From Eledone cirrhosa (lineage: Eukaryota), in the NCBI GenBank assembly GCA_964016885.1, contig OZ024744.1, positions 91,822,001-91,886,000 of the forward strand: a stretch of DNA of 64,000 bases, written 5' to 3'. This document shows positions 12,142 through 24,653 of the stretch, in pieces. A program made the position numbers and the translations under genes. Numbering within the stretch: position 1 is the stretch's first letter; the number at the start of each line of letters is the position of its first letter. The notes under the pieces are model-generated. The model did not search any database. It was not told where the DNA came from and was given only the letters and a program-made list of their open reading frames with translations.

Positions 12142-12177
12142 CCCTATATATTTCGGATTCACATCCATCAACTGGGG
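12142..12177 (-). ncRNA. Degenerate minimal hammerhead-like motif in the Penelope 3'UTR
   Basis: Minus strand ccc-CAGTTGA-t-ggat(gtga)atcc-GAAA-tata-TA-ggg. Stems I, II and palindromic III are present; the core has two deviations from CUGANGA. Confidence 0.4.
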
Positions 12178-12568
12178 TTTTTTCCGGGGGGTCTGTCGGA
12201 AAGGTGCGAAACGTGTCCTCCGCTGTTCGTTGTTTTGAATATCTGAGGTATTCAGCAGAGCGCGCGTGCACGTGAAATGGGTTCGGTCAGGCAGAGGTCA
12301 GCGGCCGAAGTAGTTCTTTCAATTGTGGGAGTGGGCTGACGCTAGCTGTCAGTCCATTCTCTGCCTGTTTGGTGAATGTTACTGTGTGTGTGCGTGTGTT
12401 GTCTCGCTTGAGTGTGTGTGCGTGTGTTGTTGCCTTGTTCCTCTGTATTGTCAGTGTAGTATGTTCGTATGGTGGAATGCTACTGTGTGTGTGTGTGTGT
12501 GCGTGTGTTGCTGTCTCGCTTGTGTGTGTGTGTGTGTCTGTGCGTGTGTTGCTGCATCGTTTGTTAAC

Positions 12569-14270
12569 TTAAACCAACGACCTCATTTCGCTTCTCTCGG
12601 ATCGGTTGTTTAGTTGTGACCCTAGGCGTTTGATCCAAAGTGCTTCCTTGATACGTAACGTGCCGACGTTTCTTTCTGTCGCTAGAATTGTGACAATGGG
12701 CCTTCCGTCTTTGTTTCCGTATTTGGCTATGTGTTGCCGGAAAGACGAGACCCTGGTTTTAGTGTGTTCCTTGATCCGGATGTGCAACGGCCGGATTGTG
12801 CTACCTATATAGTATTGGTTGCACTTGTTACATTCTATCTTATACACGACGTATGTGCGAAGGCAACAGTTCGCATGGCGCATCGGGCAGTCTCTGAGGG
12901 AGCACGCGTCAGTTGATTTCCCGGGTTTCCTGGAGAGGCATCTTCGCAGGGAGGGGCCCGAGTGAGCCAGGTGGATGTCGAGGCCCTCCCTCCGTATAGC
13001 CTTGCGGATAGCGTTGGTGGTATTCTCGCCCAAGTGAGGCATTTTAAGGAAGCACTTGCCTTGGGTGCCTCTCCGTCTCTTGTGTCTGGTGTCTCCTACT
13101 CTGCCTGTGAGCGAGGTAGGGTACCCGTTCGTCTCCAGCACCTCAAGGAATCGCTTGGTATGAGTGACACCTCTCGCAGGATCGCTGCATCTGTTTTTGA
13201 TTCGCGCGATCTCGTTCGTGATGTATCCTCTTTTAGCACTGTTAGGGAGGGCGGACTTGTAGTGGACGAACAGGTCCCTGCAGGCTGCCTTTCGGTAGAA
13301 ATTGCAGTGGATCCCTCCCTGTTCCGTGATGTTGATTCGGAAGTCGAGGAGGGCAAGTGACCCATCGTAGTTTGGGTGTTCAACACTGAAGTCAATGTTC
13401 TCGTCTGTGTTGTTGAACGTCTCATAGATTCTGTTCGCCATGTCTTGGGAAGATGTGAGGATGAGGATATCGTCCATGTACCTTGAGAAAAAGGCGACGG
13501 CGTTGGGGTGGCAGGCGTTGAGTGCCTTGCGCTCGAGGCTGTCCATGTAAGAGATCGCTAGCACACACGACAGGCTTCATCCCATGGGCAGTCCCGAGGT
13601 TTATTGGTATGTTTGGTCAGGAATCCGAAGGTGTTGTTGACGACGATGGATAGGAGTTGGTGGATGTAAGTGGTGGTGAGCCCGAAGCAGTGTAGGTCGG
13701 TGGATTGGACGCGTTCCATCAGTATATTGACGGCCGGGAGTGCCGGGACCGAGGTGTAGAGAGCGACTACATCAAGGCTGAAGGCATATCTGTTATTCTT
13801 TCTGGTGTCGGGATCCATGTGATGCAGGCACTTCAACACCTCCTCGGAGCTGTTAACGTGTCCCGCCAAGGTGTCTAAGATGGGTTTGAGTATTCTGGCT
13901 AGGAGTCATGAAATTTTGTAGAGTGGTCCTTCCACGCTCGATACAATGAGCTTGATCTTCAGGTCGGGTCCCTGTTTGTGTGTTTTCACGAGGTGGTAGA
14001 AGGCGGGTAGTCTGCTGTTCCTCGTGAGGAGGTTTATCTCAGCTTCTTCGGGAGCTTCCGCCGGTCGCAGATGTTGGTCCAGGCGGAGTTGACGTGCTCT
14101 TCTATCTGCGCGGGAGTGATTCCCGTGACCTTGGAGTAGAGGTTGTCATCGTCAAGGTGTTGGAGGGCCAGGGTGTTGTAGGCCTCTCTGCTGATGACGC
14201 AGAATTCTTTTCCCTTGTCGGAGGGGAGGTAGATGAGGTTCTTCGATTTTAGGTTGGAGAGAGTGGTGAG
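12569..14270 (-). pseudogene. Penelope RT/GIY-YIG ORF with frameshifts and a stop
   Basis: ORFs 12569-13564 and 13558-13869 plus upstream motif-bearing fragments. Confidence 0.85.
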
Positions 14271-14794
14271 TTGAGATGTTGTGCGTGTGTGTGTGTGTGT
14301 GGTTGTGATGTATATCCGAGATGGAGTGTTTTAGCCTGATGAGTTTAGTGTCGAGTTCGTGGGTGGGGGGTGGAGTAGGTTGTCGGGGTGGTAAGTGGGG
14401 AACTTGGGGTGGGTTGCGTGGGCGCTGTTATTTTCTGTGGCGCTGTTGATGGCGGTCACCCATTTAAGTTGGTAAGCGGCTCGACAAAAGTTGGCCTCGA
14501 TGTTGAGTTTGAGTCTGTCGTCGAGACGTTGTGAGACGATGAACTTGGGTCACGAGGTGTAGGAGTTTCAGCTCATTGCTCCTGAGAGTGCCGGTTAGGT
14601 CGGTGGCCAGGTGCGTTGCATCGTTGAGGTGTGGCTCGGTGTTGGTGGATGCGGCGGTGGCGGTTGTTAAGTTGTTGTTTTCCACGTGGTTCTGGTCCGT
14701 CTGTTCGTTAGTGTCGATCTTCTCGTTGTGGAGTTTAGACAAGATCCACTCATATTTCCACTTGAGCCGTTTTTTCTCGTATTATATATATTAT

Positions 14795-14982
14795 GCGGTG
14801 GATTGGCAGTATCGGTAGAGGGTCGGACGCCATGCTTTTCAGCATAGTTACGTCCCTTTACGGTCTGAGTTCAAATCCCACCGAGGTTGACTTTGCCTTT
14901 CATCATTACGGGGTCGATAAAATAAAGTACCAGTAATGCACTGGGTAATTGCTGGCCTTGTGCCTAAAGTAGAAACAATTAT
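14795..14982 (+). mobile_element. Full-length tRNA-derived SINE (family A)
   Basis: Box A tggcagtatcgg and box B gagttcaaatcc. Central gactttgcctttcatc..ggggtcgataaaa..gtaccag resembles the MetaSINE core as recalled. More than 15 copies in the window. Confidence 0.9.
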
Positions 14983-14983
14983 A

Positions 14984-15040
<57 letters not shown>

Positions 15041-15048
<8 letters not shown>

Positions 15049-15211
15049 TAACAGATTAAAGTTTAAGCAAAGAATCGCTGCTTTCACCCTTAACGGGATC
15101 TTCTGAAACTAACAAAGACAATCTGTAAACACAGAACTGGATATTTAAAAAAACGTTGCAACCGGAGGAAGCAGCGATTCTTTGCTTAAACTTTAATCTG
15201 TTATTTTAATA
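15041..15211. repeat. 43-bp inverted repeat element embedded in (TA)n
   Basis: tattaaaataacagattaaagtttaagcaaagaatcgctgctt (15041-15083) and its reverse complement (15169-15211). Confidence 0.85.
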
Positions 15212-15300
15212 AATATTTGCTCTACGGTTCTTATATATTTTATTATAAATTTATCCTTATCGAGCCCTCTTTGGATTTTAGTCTTCAATTTTATTATTAT

Positions 15301-15357
<57 letters not shown>

Positions 15358-15654
15358 ATTATTATTACTATATATATATATATGCCAAATCAACTTTTTC
15401 AAATACAAGTCGATGTTGAACGGTATGTCAGATCTATTTATCTATAAAACTGTCTATATTGTATTCTGTCTGAGGAAGGCATAGCATATTGTTAATATGA
15501 TATCCCTGAAATATATATAGTGAAATAAATATGGTTTTATAAATATAGTTTCCATTTATTTAATATCGTAAATATACTCCAAATACTTGTTGAGTGCTTT
15601 TATATCAGTTATAAATATTTACTAGTTGTAACCCAACAATTTAAATATAACTTT

Positions 15655-15744
<90 letters not shown>

Positions 15745-15748
15745 TATT

Positions 15749-15822
<74 letters not shown>

Positions 15823-15997
15823 AATAATAAAACACCAATACAATGGTATTTACATACAGACAAGCACACACACACACACACACAGAGATCTATATACACA
15901 TATGTAATTGTTACAGTATATTTATGAAATCAGATGTTCCATGCTAATTTTCTTGTCAGTGTAATATGTCACAGCTATCATAAGAAAGCCTAGCAAT

Positions 15998-16085
15998 AGG
16001 TGGTGGTTGTTGGTGGTGGTGGTGGTGTTGTTGTTGGTGTTGGCGGCGGTGGTGGTGGTGGTGGTGTTGTTGTTGTTGGCGGCGG

Positions 16086-16117
<32 letters not shown>

Positions 16118-16199
16118 TTGTTGCTGCTGCTGTCGTTGTTGTTGTTGTTGTTGTTGATGATGTTGTTGTTGTTGTTGATGATGTTGCTGTTGTTGTTGC

Positions 16200-16234
<35 letters not shown>

Positions 16235-16820
16235 CTGCTGCTGCTGCTGTTGTTGTTGTTGTTGTTGCTGCTGCTGCTGTTGTTGTTGTTGTTGTTGCTG
16301 TCGTTGCTGTTGTTGTTGTTGTTGTTGTTGTTGTTACTGTCGTTGCTGTTGCTGTTGTTGTGGTTGTTGTTGTTGTTGTTGCTGTTGCTGTTGCTGTTGT
16401 TGTTGCTGTTGCTGTTGTTGTTGTTGTTGCTATTGTTGTTGTTGTTGCTATTGTTGGTGTTGTAGCTATTGTTGTTGTTGCTGTCGTTGTTGATGTTGCT
16501 GTTGCCGTTGTAGTTGTTGCTGCCGTTGTTGTTGTTGTTCCCGTTGTTATTGTTGCCGTTATTGTTGTTGTTGTTGTTGTTGTTATTGCTATTGTTGTTG
16601 TTGTTGTTGTTGTTATTGCTATTGTTGTTGTTGTTGTTGTTGCTATTGTTGTTGTTGATGTTGTTGTTATTGTGGTTGTTGTTGTTGTTGTTGATGTTGT
16701 TATTGCTATTGTTGTTGTCGTGTGCTGTTGTTGTTATTGTTGTTGTTGTTGTTGCTATCATTGTTGCCGTTGTTGTTGTTGTTGTTGTTGTTGCTGTTGT
16801 TGTTGCCATTGTTGTTGTTC
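15998..16820. repeat. (GTT/GCT/GGT)n compound microsatellite
   Basis: Direct inspection. Confidence 0.95.
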
Positions 16821-16976
16821 TTCTCCTCCCTCATTTCAATATCTCCAGAACAGAATTAATGTTTAGATATCATCAACAATTGTACTTACTTCACTTACGA
16901 AGGCCTTAATTTCTATTTTGTTTCTGTGTTTACCCCCACCACCTCCCAGCCTCACCCCCTTCCTTTCTTAAATATA

Positions 16977-17029
<53 letters not shown>

Positions 17030-17190
17030 ATATATATATATATTGTATATATATTATACATATATAATTATACATATATATATTATACACACACAAGCAG
17101 GGAAAGGTGGGCGTAAAATGATGATGATGACGATGATGATGTTGATGATGATGATGATGATGATATATATATATATATATATATATTCTG

Positions 17191-17382
17191 GGAAAATGTT
17201 TAACCCCGACGGCAGAGCTCAAGTCGTTTCGACAACTACTTCAGGTCCAGAAATAGCCGTCGAAACGGCTTGAGCTCTGCCGTCCGGGTTAAACATTTTC
17301 CTATTACCCACTCTACTACCCTAAGTATTGAGTACTCTGGTGCGTTATGGTCCACCTGGTTCTTTACCACACTTCCTTCGTT
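17191..17382 (+). mobile_element. Short repeat with 5' fold-back (probable Penelope-type terminus); second copy at 23341-23470
   Basis: 43-bp arms at 17191-17233 and 17259-17301. The downstream part (ccctaagtattgagtactctggtgc..ttaccac..ccttcg) recurs at 23395-23465; both copies are flanked by TA repeats. Confidence 0.6.
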
Positions 17383-17468
17383 ATATATATTCTCTCTATA
17401 TATATATATATATTTTTATATATATCTATATATATATATATATATATAAATATATATATATTTATATG

Positions 17469-17500
<32 letters not shown>

Positions 17501-18756
17501 ATATACATATATATACATACATACATAAATATATATATATATAATGTACATATATATACATACATAAATATATATATATATATATAATATACATATATAT
17601 ACATACATAAATATATATATATAATATAGATATATATACATACATATATATATTTATATATATATATAATGTACATATATATACATACATAAATATATAT
17701 ATATATATTATATACATATATATAAATATATAAATACATATATAAATATATATATATATTTAGATATATGTGTGTACATATACATCTCTCTCTCTATATA
17801 TATATATACATATATATATGTGTGTGTGTGTGTGTACATATATATATATATATATGTATATACATGTATTATTATTTATTTTTATTCCTCAACACACATA
17901 CCACCCTTCATTCCTTTGGTAAATATAATATATATATAATGTTATTTATTCTGCTTCTGTATTCGTCCCACCCTTCTACCTGACACCCCACCCCACTTTC
18001 TTCTTTTAGTAAATATAATATATATGGTATTATTAATTTTGTTCCTCCCTTATCCCACCCCACCTTTTTTTTTCGTAAATATAATATATATGTGGTATTG
18101 TTTATTACCAGTATTGAAATATATATATATGTATATGTGTATATATATTTATATATGGATATGTGTATATATAAAAAAAAACATGAGAAGAAAGAAGAAT
18201 ACTGCATGGTTGCACATAGGTTACATATGATAAAAATAGTCCTTCGTCAGTGATTTTCCAACCATCATTGGTATATATCATCGCATTAAAAATCATATAC
18301 CTCAGGTTGGTGCGAGCAATAACTAAAAAAAGTTATTGGGACCAGTAAGTCGCGTAAAGCGAGGGGGACAAGTGAACAACATAGAAGGATAAAAGCAAAC
18401 CAAAGAAAGGAAATAAACAAGCAACATGGTTGTCCTGGTCAGCATAAGCTGGGTGGATTTCATGAGCGAAAGGTACAGACGTCCGACCTGAGTGAGATAT
18501 AAGCAAGAAGAGACCCACTGTAAGCCAAACGGGAGGAAGTGAGAAGGGGAGAAACAGAGAGTGAGTGAGTGGAAGTGCGAGGAAGAGGTCAGTTGAGAGA
18601 AAGTGTAACTGACAGAAGGGGTGAAAGAAGTGAGAGAAACAGAGAGAACGGGGAAGCAGTAAGAGAGAAACAGACAAACGCAGCCGAGGTGAATATATAT
18701 AAAAACAACATGAGAAGAAAGAAGAATACTGTGTGGTTGCACATATATATATATAT

Positions 18757-18790
<34 letters not shown>

Positions 18791-18799
18791 ATATTTATG

Positions 18800-18835
<36 letters not shown>

Positions 18836-18838
<3 letters not shown>

Positions 18839-19948
18839 TCATCATCATCATCATTTAACGTCCATGTTCCACGCTTGCATGGGTTTGGACGGGAGTTTTC
18901 TCACTGAGGCAAGAGTGGTTGTCTTGCTCGCATAGGACTGCCTGGCAGGTTTTCTACAGCTGGATGCCCTTCCTAACACCAACCACATTTACAGTGTGGG
19001 ACTGGGACGTTTTTACCGTGTTGCCTACACGGCCACATTACAGCGTGGACTGTGTGTTTTTTGTCGTGACACCTACACGATCTCATTTGTTTCGGCCTGG
19101 ATATTGTGGCACCAACATAACTTTACATAGAGGGGGCGGTGTGGATGGGGTGGGGATGGTGGGACGGGGGTGTATTTTGTTAGAGATGCCTACTGACTGT
19201 AGTAGGTTTTACTTTGTATTTAGGTAAGGCGGGTCTTCTCTATTACTGAGTACCGCCAAAGATCTCGGTCCAGTAACATTGTCTTGGAAAGGTGTAAGTG
19301 TGTGAGGTCGGAGTTTATCAGGTCGTCCCAAGTTTTTCTGGGTCTGCTTACTCCGTGGCTACCGTCTATTTTTATTGCCCTGCACTTTTTTATACAGCTA
19401 TCATCTTTTATGCGCATCACGTGTCCGTACCAACGTAGCCTTCTCTCGAGTAAACAACATCTGATCCCTCTTATTTCTAATTTTTTCCTTAGTTCGTTTA
19501 TGCTTTGCCGTTCACGTATATTACTATTACACATCCAGCGGAGCATGCAAGCTTCGTTCCTCTCTAGTCTGCGTATATCCTCTGCGCACAATGCCCAGGT
19601 CTCGCTGCCATGCAGCATTGCTGTTCGTATGCAGGCATCATACAACCTGCCTTTCATTTTTAGGGAGAACCCTTTAGCGGCTAATAGTGGTATAAGCTCT
19701 CTGAACTTTTTCCATCCAGTTCTGACTCTAGCTACTGTACTTTCGGAGCACCCTCCCCCACTGCTGATTTTGTCACCCAGGTAACGGAAGCTGTCCACTA
19801 TTTCTATAGAGCCCTCTGCGCAATTGAAAGAGTTAGTATTTTGTGGGCACTTGCTGCTACTTATTGCACCAGAGCACCGCCCACATGTAAAATCTAAGTT
19901 CTTAGTTAGCTTACCTATGATCCCACTACATCTTTTATGCACCCATAC
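18836..19948 (-). mobile_element. 5'-truncated RTE copy (same family as 187-4365)
   Basis: ORF 19220-19942 matches the C-terminus of the full ORF; 3'UTR and (TGA)n tail present. Confidence 0.93.
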
Positions 19949-21853
19949 AGAACGGGGTTGTTCCGAAGGACTGGCGTAGCAGCATCATCATTAACTGCTA
20001 CAAGGGTCAAGGAGACGCCCTAGATAGGAGTAACTATAGGGGCATTAAATTAATCGACCAGGTCATGAAGGTCACGGAAAAAGTAATAGCGCAACTAATC
20101 AGAGAGAATCGATCTAGATGAAATGCAGTTCGGGTTTGTGTCAGGCAAAAGTACCACAGACGCTCTTTTTATTGTATGACAACTACAGGAGAAGTACCTA
20201 GCTAAAAGTAAACCCCTATACTTAGCTTTTGTCGACTTGGAGAAAGCCTTCGACAGAGTCCCCCGTTCCATTATCTGGTGGGCTCTTAGAAAACTAGGTG
20301 TTGATGAATGGCTTGTGAGAGCTATACAAGCCATGTATAAAGAAACAGTCAGCAAGGTTAGAATTAACAACGAATATAGTGAAGAGTTTAGCGTAAAAGT
20401 TGGTGTTCATCAGGGCTCTGTTCTTAGCCCCCTACTATTTATTATTGCCCTTCAGGCTATAACGGTGGAGTTCAAGAGTGGCTGCCCATGGGAACTCCTA
20501 AACGCAGATGATCTAACGCTCATAGCTGAATCAATGGCCGAGCTAGAGAAGAAATTCCAAACATGGAAGCACGGCCTAGAATCAAAAGGCCTTAAAATTA
20601 ACCTGGCTAAGACTAAAGTTCTAGTTTGTAGGAAAGAAAATAAGGCGCCGGTCCCTTCCGGGAAATGGCCATGCTCAGTGTGTAGGAAAGGCATAGGTAG
20701 AAACTCCATTTTATGTCCCAAATGCAAAGTATGGATGCATAAAAGATGTAGTGGGATCACAGGTAAGCTAACTAAGAACATAGATTTTACATGTGGCCGG
20801 TGCTCTGGTGCAATAAGTAGCAGCAAGTGCCCACAGAATGCTAGCTCTTTCAATTGCGAAGAGGGTTCTATAGAAATAGTGGACAGCTTCCGTTACCTGG
20901 GTGACAAAATCAGCAGTGGGGGAGGGTGCTTTGAAAGTACAGTAGCTAGAGTCAGAACTGGATGGAAAAAGTTCAGAGAGCTTATACCACTATTAGCCGC
21001 TAAAGGGTTCTCCCTAAAAATGAAAGGCAGGCTGTATGATGCCTGCATACGAACAGCAATGTTGCATGGCAGTGAGACCTGGGCATTGTGCGCAGAGGAT
21101 ATATGCAGACTAGAGAGGAACAAAGCTTGCATGCTCCGCTGGATGTGTAACAGTAATATACGTGAACGGCAAAGCATAAATGAACTAAGGGAAAAATTAG
21201 AAATAAGAGGGATCGGATGTTTTACTCGAGAGAAGGCTACGTTGGTATGGTCACGTGATGCGCATGAAAGACGACAGCTGTATAAAAAAGTGCAGGGCAA
21301 TAAAAATAGACGGTAGCCACGGAGTAGGCAGACCCAGAAAAACCTGGGACGACCTGATAAATTCCGACTTCACACACTTACACCTCTCCAAGACAATGTC
21401 ACTGGACCGAGATCTTTGGCGGAACTCAGTAATAGAGAAGACCCGCCTTACCTAAATACAAAGTAAAACCTACTACAGTCAGTAGGCATCTCTAACAAAA
21501 TACACCCCCGTCCCACCATCCCCACCCACCCCATCCACACCGCCCCCTTCAATGTAAAGTTATGTTGGTGCCACAACATCCAGGCCGAAACAAATGAGAT
21601 CGTGTAGGTGTCACGACAAAAAAACACACAGTCCACACTGTAATGTGGCCGTGTAGGTAACACGGTAAAAACCTCCCAGTCCCACACTGTAAATGTGGTT
21701 GGCGTTAGGAAGGGCATCCAGCTGTAGAAAACCTGCCAGGCAGTCCTATGCGAGCAAGACAACCACTCTTGCCTCAAGTGGGAAAACTCCCGTCCAAACC
21801 CATGCAAGCGTGGAACATGGACGTTAAACGATGATGATGAAGATGATGATGAT
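19946..21853 (+). mobile_element. 5'-truncated RTE copy with stop, frameshift and YADD>NADD
   Basis: Matches the full element from ~2347 onward; ORFs 20237-21316 and 21255-21455; (TGA)n tail. Confidence 0.93.
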
Positions 21854-22099
21854 TGTATGGTCATATTTGGTTTCACATTTTCATGATTTCATGCAACATA
21901 ATCATACTTTCCACTATAATCACCATGATTTAGGCAAGACTCAAAATAATTTATTTTATACAAAATATGTTTTATTTTACCAATTGGGGCATATATAATG
22001 GGAAAATACACAGGGAGTGTTAGTATTGTGACCTTGCTTTTTATGGCACACTCTAGTGCTGACTCTAGGAAAAAATAACACAGTAGTTTTATTTTTTAA

Positions 22100-23333
22100 G
22101 ATTTATTTATCAAATTGGGTCAGTTTGTCTTCATGACTTGTTCTTTCGATCTCACTCGATAAACCCGCCATTGGCTTTGATGACGGCCTCAAGGCGGCCT
22201 CGGAAACCAGCTACAGGCCTTCGTCACTGTCCCCTGACTTAGGCCCCTAAAGGCACTTGTGATCCTGGCCTTCAGATCGTCTTTCGTATTGCAGCTAGAT
22301 CTGTTGGTGTCTCGTTCCACTGCACCCCACACAAAGCAGTCGAGGGGTTGCAGTCAGGCGAGCTGGGAGGCCAGATGTCAGGTGAAGTGTGGTCGACGAA
22401 GTTCTCTGACAGCCAGGCTTGGGTCTTTTGGCTGGTATGGCAGGGAACTGAGTCTTGCTGCCACATGTACGGCCTACCTGCAGCTACCTGGTCGATCCAG
22501 GGCTTTACTACCTCGCTCAGAACGCGGATGTAGCCATCGGTGTTCAGCTTGAGGCCCTCAGGGAAGAAGTGAGGTGGCATGACGTCACCTTGACTGCTAA
22601 CGACACCTAAGACCAATGCTGTCGCTGGAAACTTTGTCTGCATGACTCTGGGCACGTCTTTGGATGAGGCAGCGAGCCACCTGTTGTTCTGGGAGTTGAC
22701 CTTCTGGTCTTGGCAGAGGTTTTTCTTGTCGGAGAAAAACCACAGCATGTCTGGCTCCAGTGGGTGTTTCAACTTGTTGATCAGCTTCTTTGCGTGCTTC
22801 AGTCGCTTTTCTTGCATCGCCTTTGACAGAAATTGTCCTTTCCTAATCTTGTATGAAACGTAGTGAATGTCTTCATGTACCACCAGCCTAATGAGCTTTT
22901 CATCCACACCTTTCTCCCTTGCAATGGCACGCATCGACTTGCTAGGTTCATTGTTGATGATATCCTGAACTTCAGCGACGAACTCGGGCATTCTGAAGGC
23001 TTCAGATCGTCGATCATGTGTTTTCCTCTCTGATGTTGCTTCGTAGTCGAATCCTGAATCTTCCAATTCCTTTCTGACCTTTTCCACCATTCTCCTCCTG
23101 ACGCTGAGAAAGTCTGAAATTTCCTTATTTGTCCTCCCGGCACGGATTCCAAGAAGAGCTCTATGTCTCTTCCACAAATTTGGAGGTTCAAAATTATTCA
23201 TAATCAATTATTCTGAAAATAAATAATGGAAATATAGTCACTGTTTTATGAAGACAAGAGTGACAACGGAAGTAAAAAAAATTTGCATAAAATTAGCAGT
23301 TGAAAATTGCGAATAAATATCGTCCACACCCTG
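22100..23333 (-). mobile_element. Tc1/mariner-superfamily transposon, DD37D (maT-type), decayed
   Basis: ORF 22272-23207 has WFFSDKKN, WQQDSVPCH and WPPSSPDCNP. A 1-nt frameshift hides the third Asp (LD), 37 residues after the second. The right end reads TA-CAGGGTGTGG on the minus strand; the left TIR is not recognisable. Confidence 0.85.
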
Positions 23334-23561
23334 TATATATAGGAAAATGTATGTCGAAATGGCTTGAGCTCTGCCGTCGGGGTCATACATATTCCTATTA
23401 CCCTAAGTATTGAGTACTCTGGTGCATTATGGTCCATCTGGTTCCTTACCACAACTCCTTCGTTTTCGGTATATATATATATATATATACATTATGAAGA
23501 GAGAAGAAACATTTAGATATAATTAGTAATAAAATGTATCATACCTAAACTGCCCCTAAAT

Positions 23562-23651
23562 TCCTCGACTACGTAGTTTCGTGGCATAAACAAAAACAAT
23601 ATATCATAAAGACATAGAGTCCCTGCGAGGTCTGCCGACTTATCAAGAGGA
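23562..23651 (-). ncRNA. Type I hammerhead ribozyme (U3-A8 variant), copy 1
   Basis: Minus strand tcctc-TTGATAA-gt(c)ggca...tgccac-GAAA-ctacgtag-TC-gagga. Stem I 5 bp; stem II with a long loop; palindromic stem III; GUC cleavage triplet. Confidence 0.78.
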
Positions 23652-24156
23652 TACCTCATTTTACTAGTCTCAAGAACGCGTCTACACGACGTGAGAAAGA
23701 ATCCCAAAAGGCGGAGGGGGAGATAGTCACGCGATATAACGGTCGAGAAACAGAGCTAAGCCTCTTATAACCACGAAGAAAATACCACGGAGGCAGAGGG
23801 GGTATTCATATCGAGGCCGCAGAAGAGGTGGTGAAGAAGGCTAGAAGTATGAGTAATGGAAGCTTTCCAGTTGTCCCCACACTTCAAAGATTGCTCGACC
23901 AGAGGGAGTTATTAACAATATATTTAGAAACACACAGATACATGCGGACACACACATATATACATGAATGCATCCGCACCTAACTGTGAGTTAAGGGTGC
24001 CAACTTCACCGATGTTGCTCAATGAATGACCGGGACAGACCAATTCAGTTGAACTAGACTGAACCAGTATCAGAGTTAAAAATACATTATGAAGAGAGAA
24101 GAAACATTTAGATATAATTCGTAATAAAATGTATCATACCTAAACTGCCCCTAAAT

Positions 24157-24246
24157 TCCTCGACTACGTAGTTTCGTGGCATAAACAAAAACAATATATC
24201 ATAAAGACATAGAGTCCCTGCGAGGTCTGCCGACTTATCAAGAGGA
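24157..24246 (-). ncRNA. Type I hammerhead ribozyme (U3-A8 variant), copy 2
   Basis: Identical motif exactly 595 bp from copy 1. Confidence 0.78.
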
Positions 24247-24653
24247 TACCTCATTTTACTAGTCTCAAGAACGCGTCTACACGACGTGAGAAAGAATCCC
24301 AAAAGGCGGAGGGGGAGATAGTCACGCGATATAACGGTCGAGAAACAGAGCTAAGCCTCTTATAACCACGAAGAAAATACCACGGAGGCGGAGTATGCCA
24401 CGAAACTACGTAGTCGAGGAATTTAGGGGCAGTTTAGGTATGATACATTTTATTACTAATTATATCTAAATGTTTCTTCTCTCTTCATAATGTATTTTTA
24501 ACTCTGATACTGGTTCAGTCTAGTTCAACTGAATTGGTCTGTCCCGGTCATTCATTGAGCAACATCGGTGAAGTTGGCACCCTTAACTCACAGTTAGGTG
24601 CGGATGCATTCATGTATATATGTGTGTGTCCGCATGTATCTGTGTGTTTCTAA

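Larger units (their letters stand above)
11885..14780 (-). mobile_element. Penelope-like element (RT + GIY-YIG endonuclease), decayed
   Basis: Motifs YLPSDKG (~14220), FYHLVKTHK (~13990), SLDVVALYTSVP, GLPMG (frameshifted), RYMDDILI, LLDFRI, FYRK and VVYKIECNKCNQYYIGST..RIKEH. Boundaries approximate. Confidence 0.88.

Noticed and set aside
14795-14885. tRNA gene
   Set aside because: A and B boxes run into a SINE body found in many copies; no proper cloverleaf.
15075-15115. Hammerhead-like CAGAAGA-tccc..gggt-GAAA on the minus strand
   Set aside because: No stem I or stem III pairing can be drawn.
15922-16909. Long poly-N/V/L ORFs
   Set aside because: Translation of a trinucleotide microsatellite.
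18224-18321. Minus-strand exon (IARTNLRYMIFNAMIYTNDGWKITDEGLFLSY) in phase with the 25170 candidate
   Set aside because: Weak donor, and it lies inside a direct-repeat-bounded (18165-18216 / 18692-18745) PLE-like relic.
22005-22025. Left TIR of the DD37D element (cacagggagtgt)
   Set aside because: Too short and divergent from the right end to accept.
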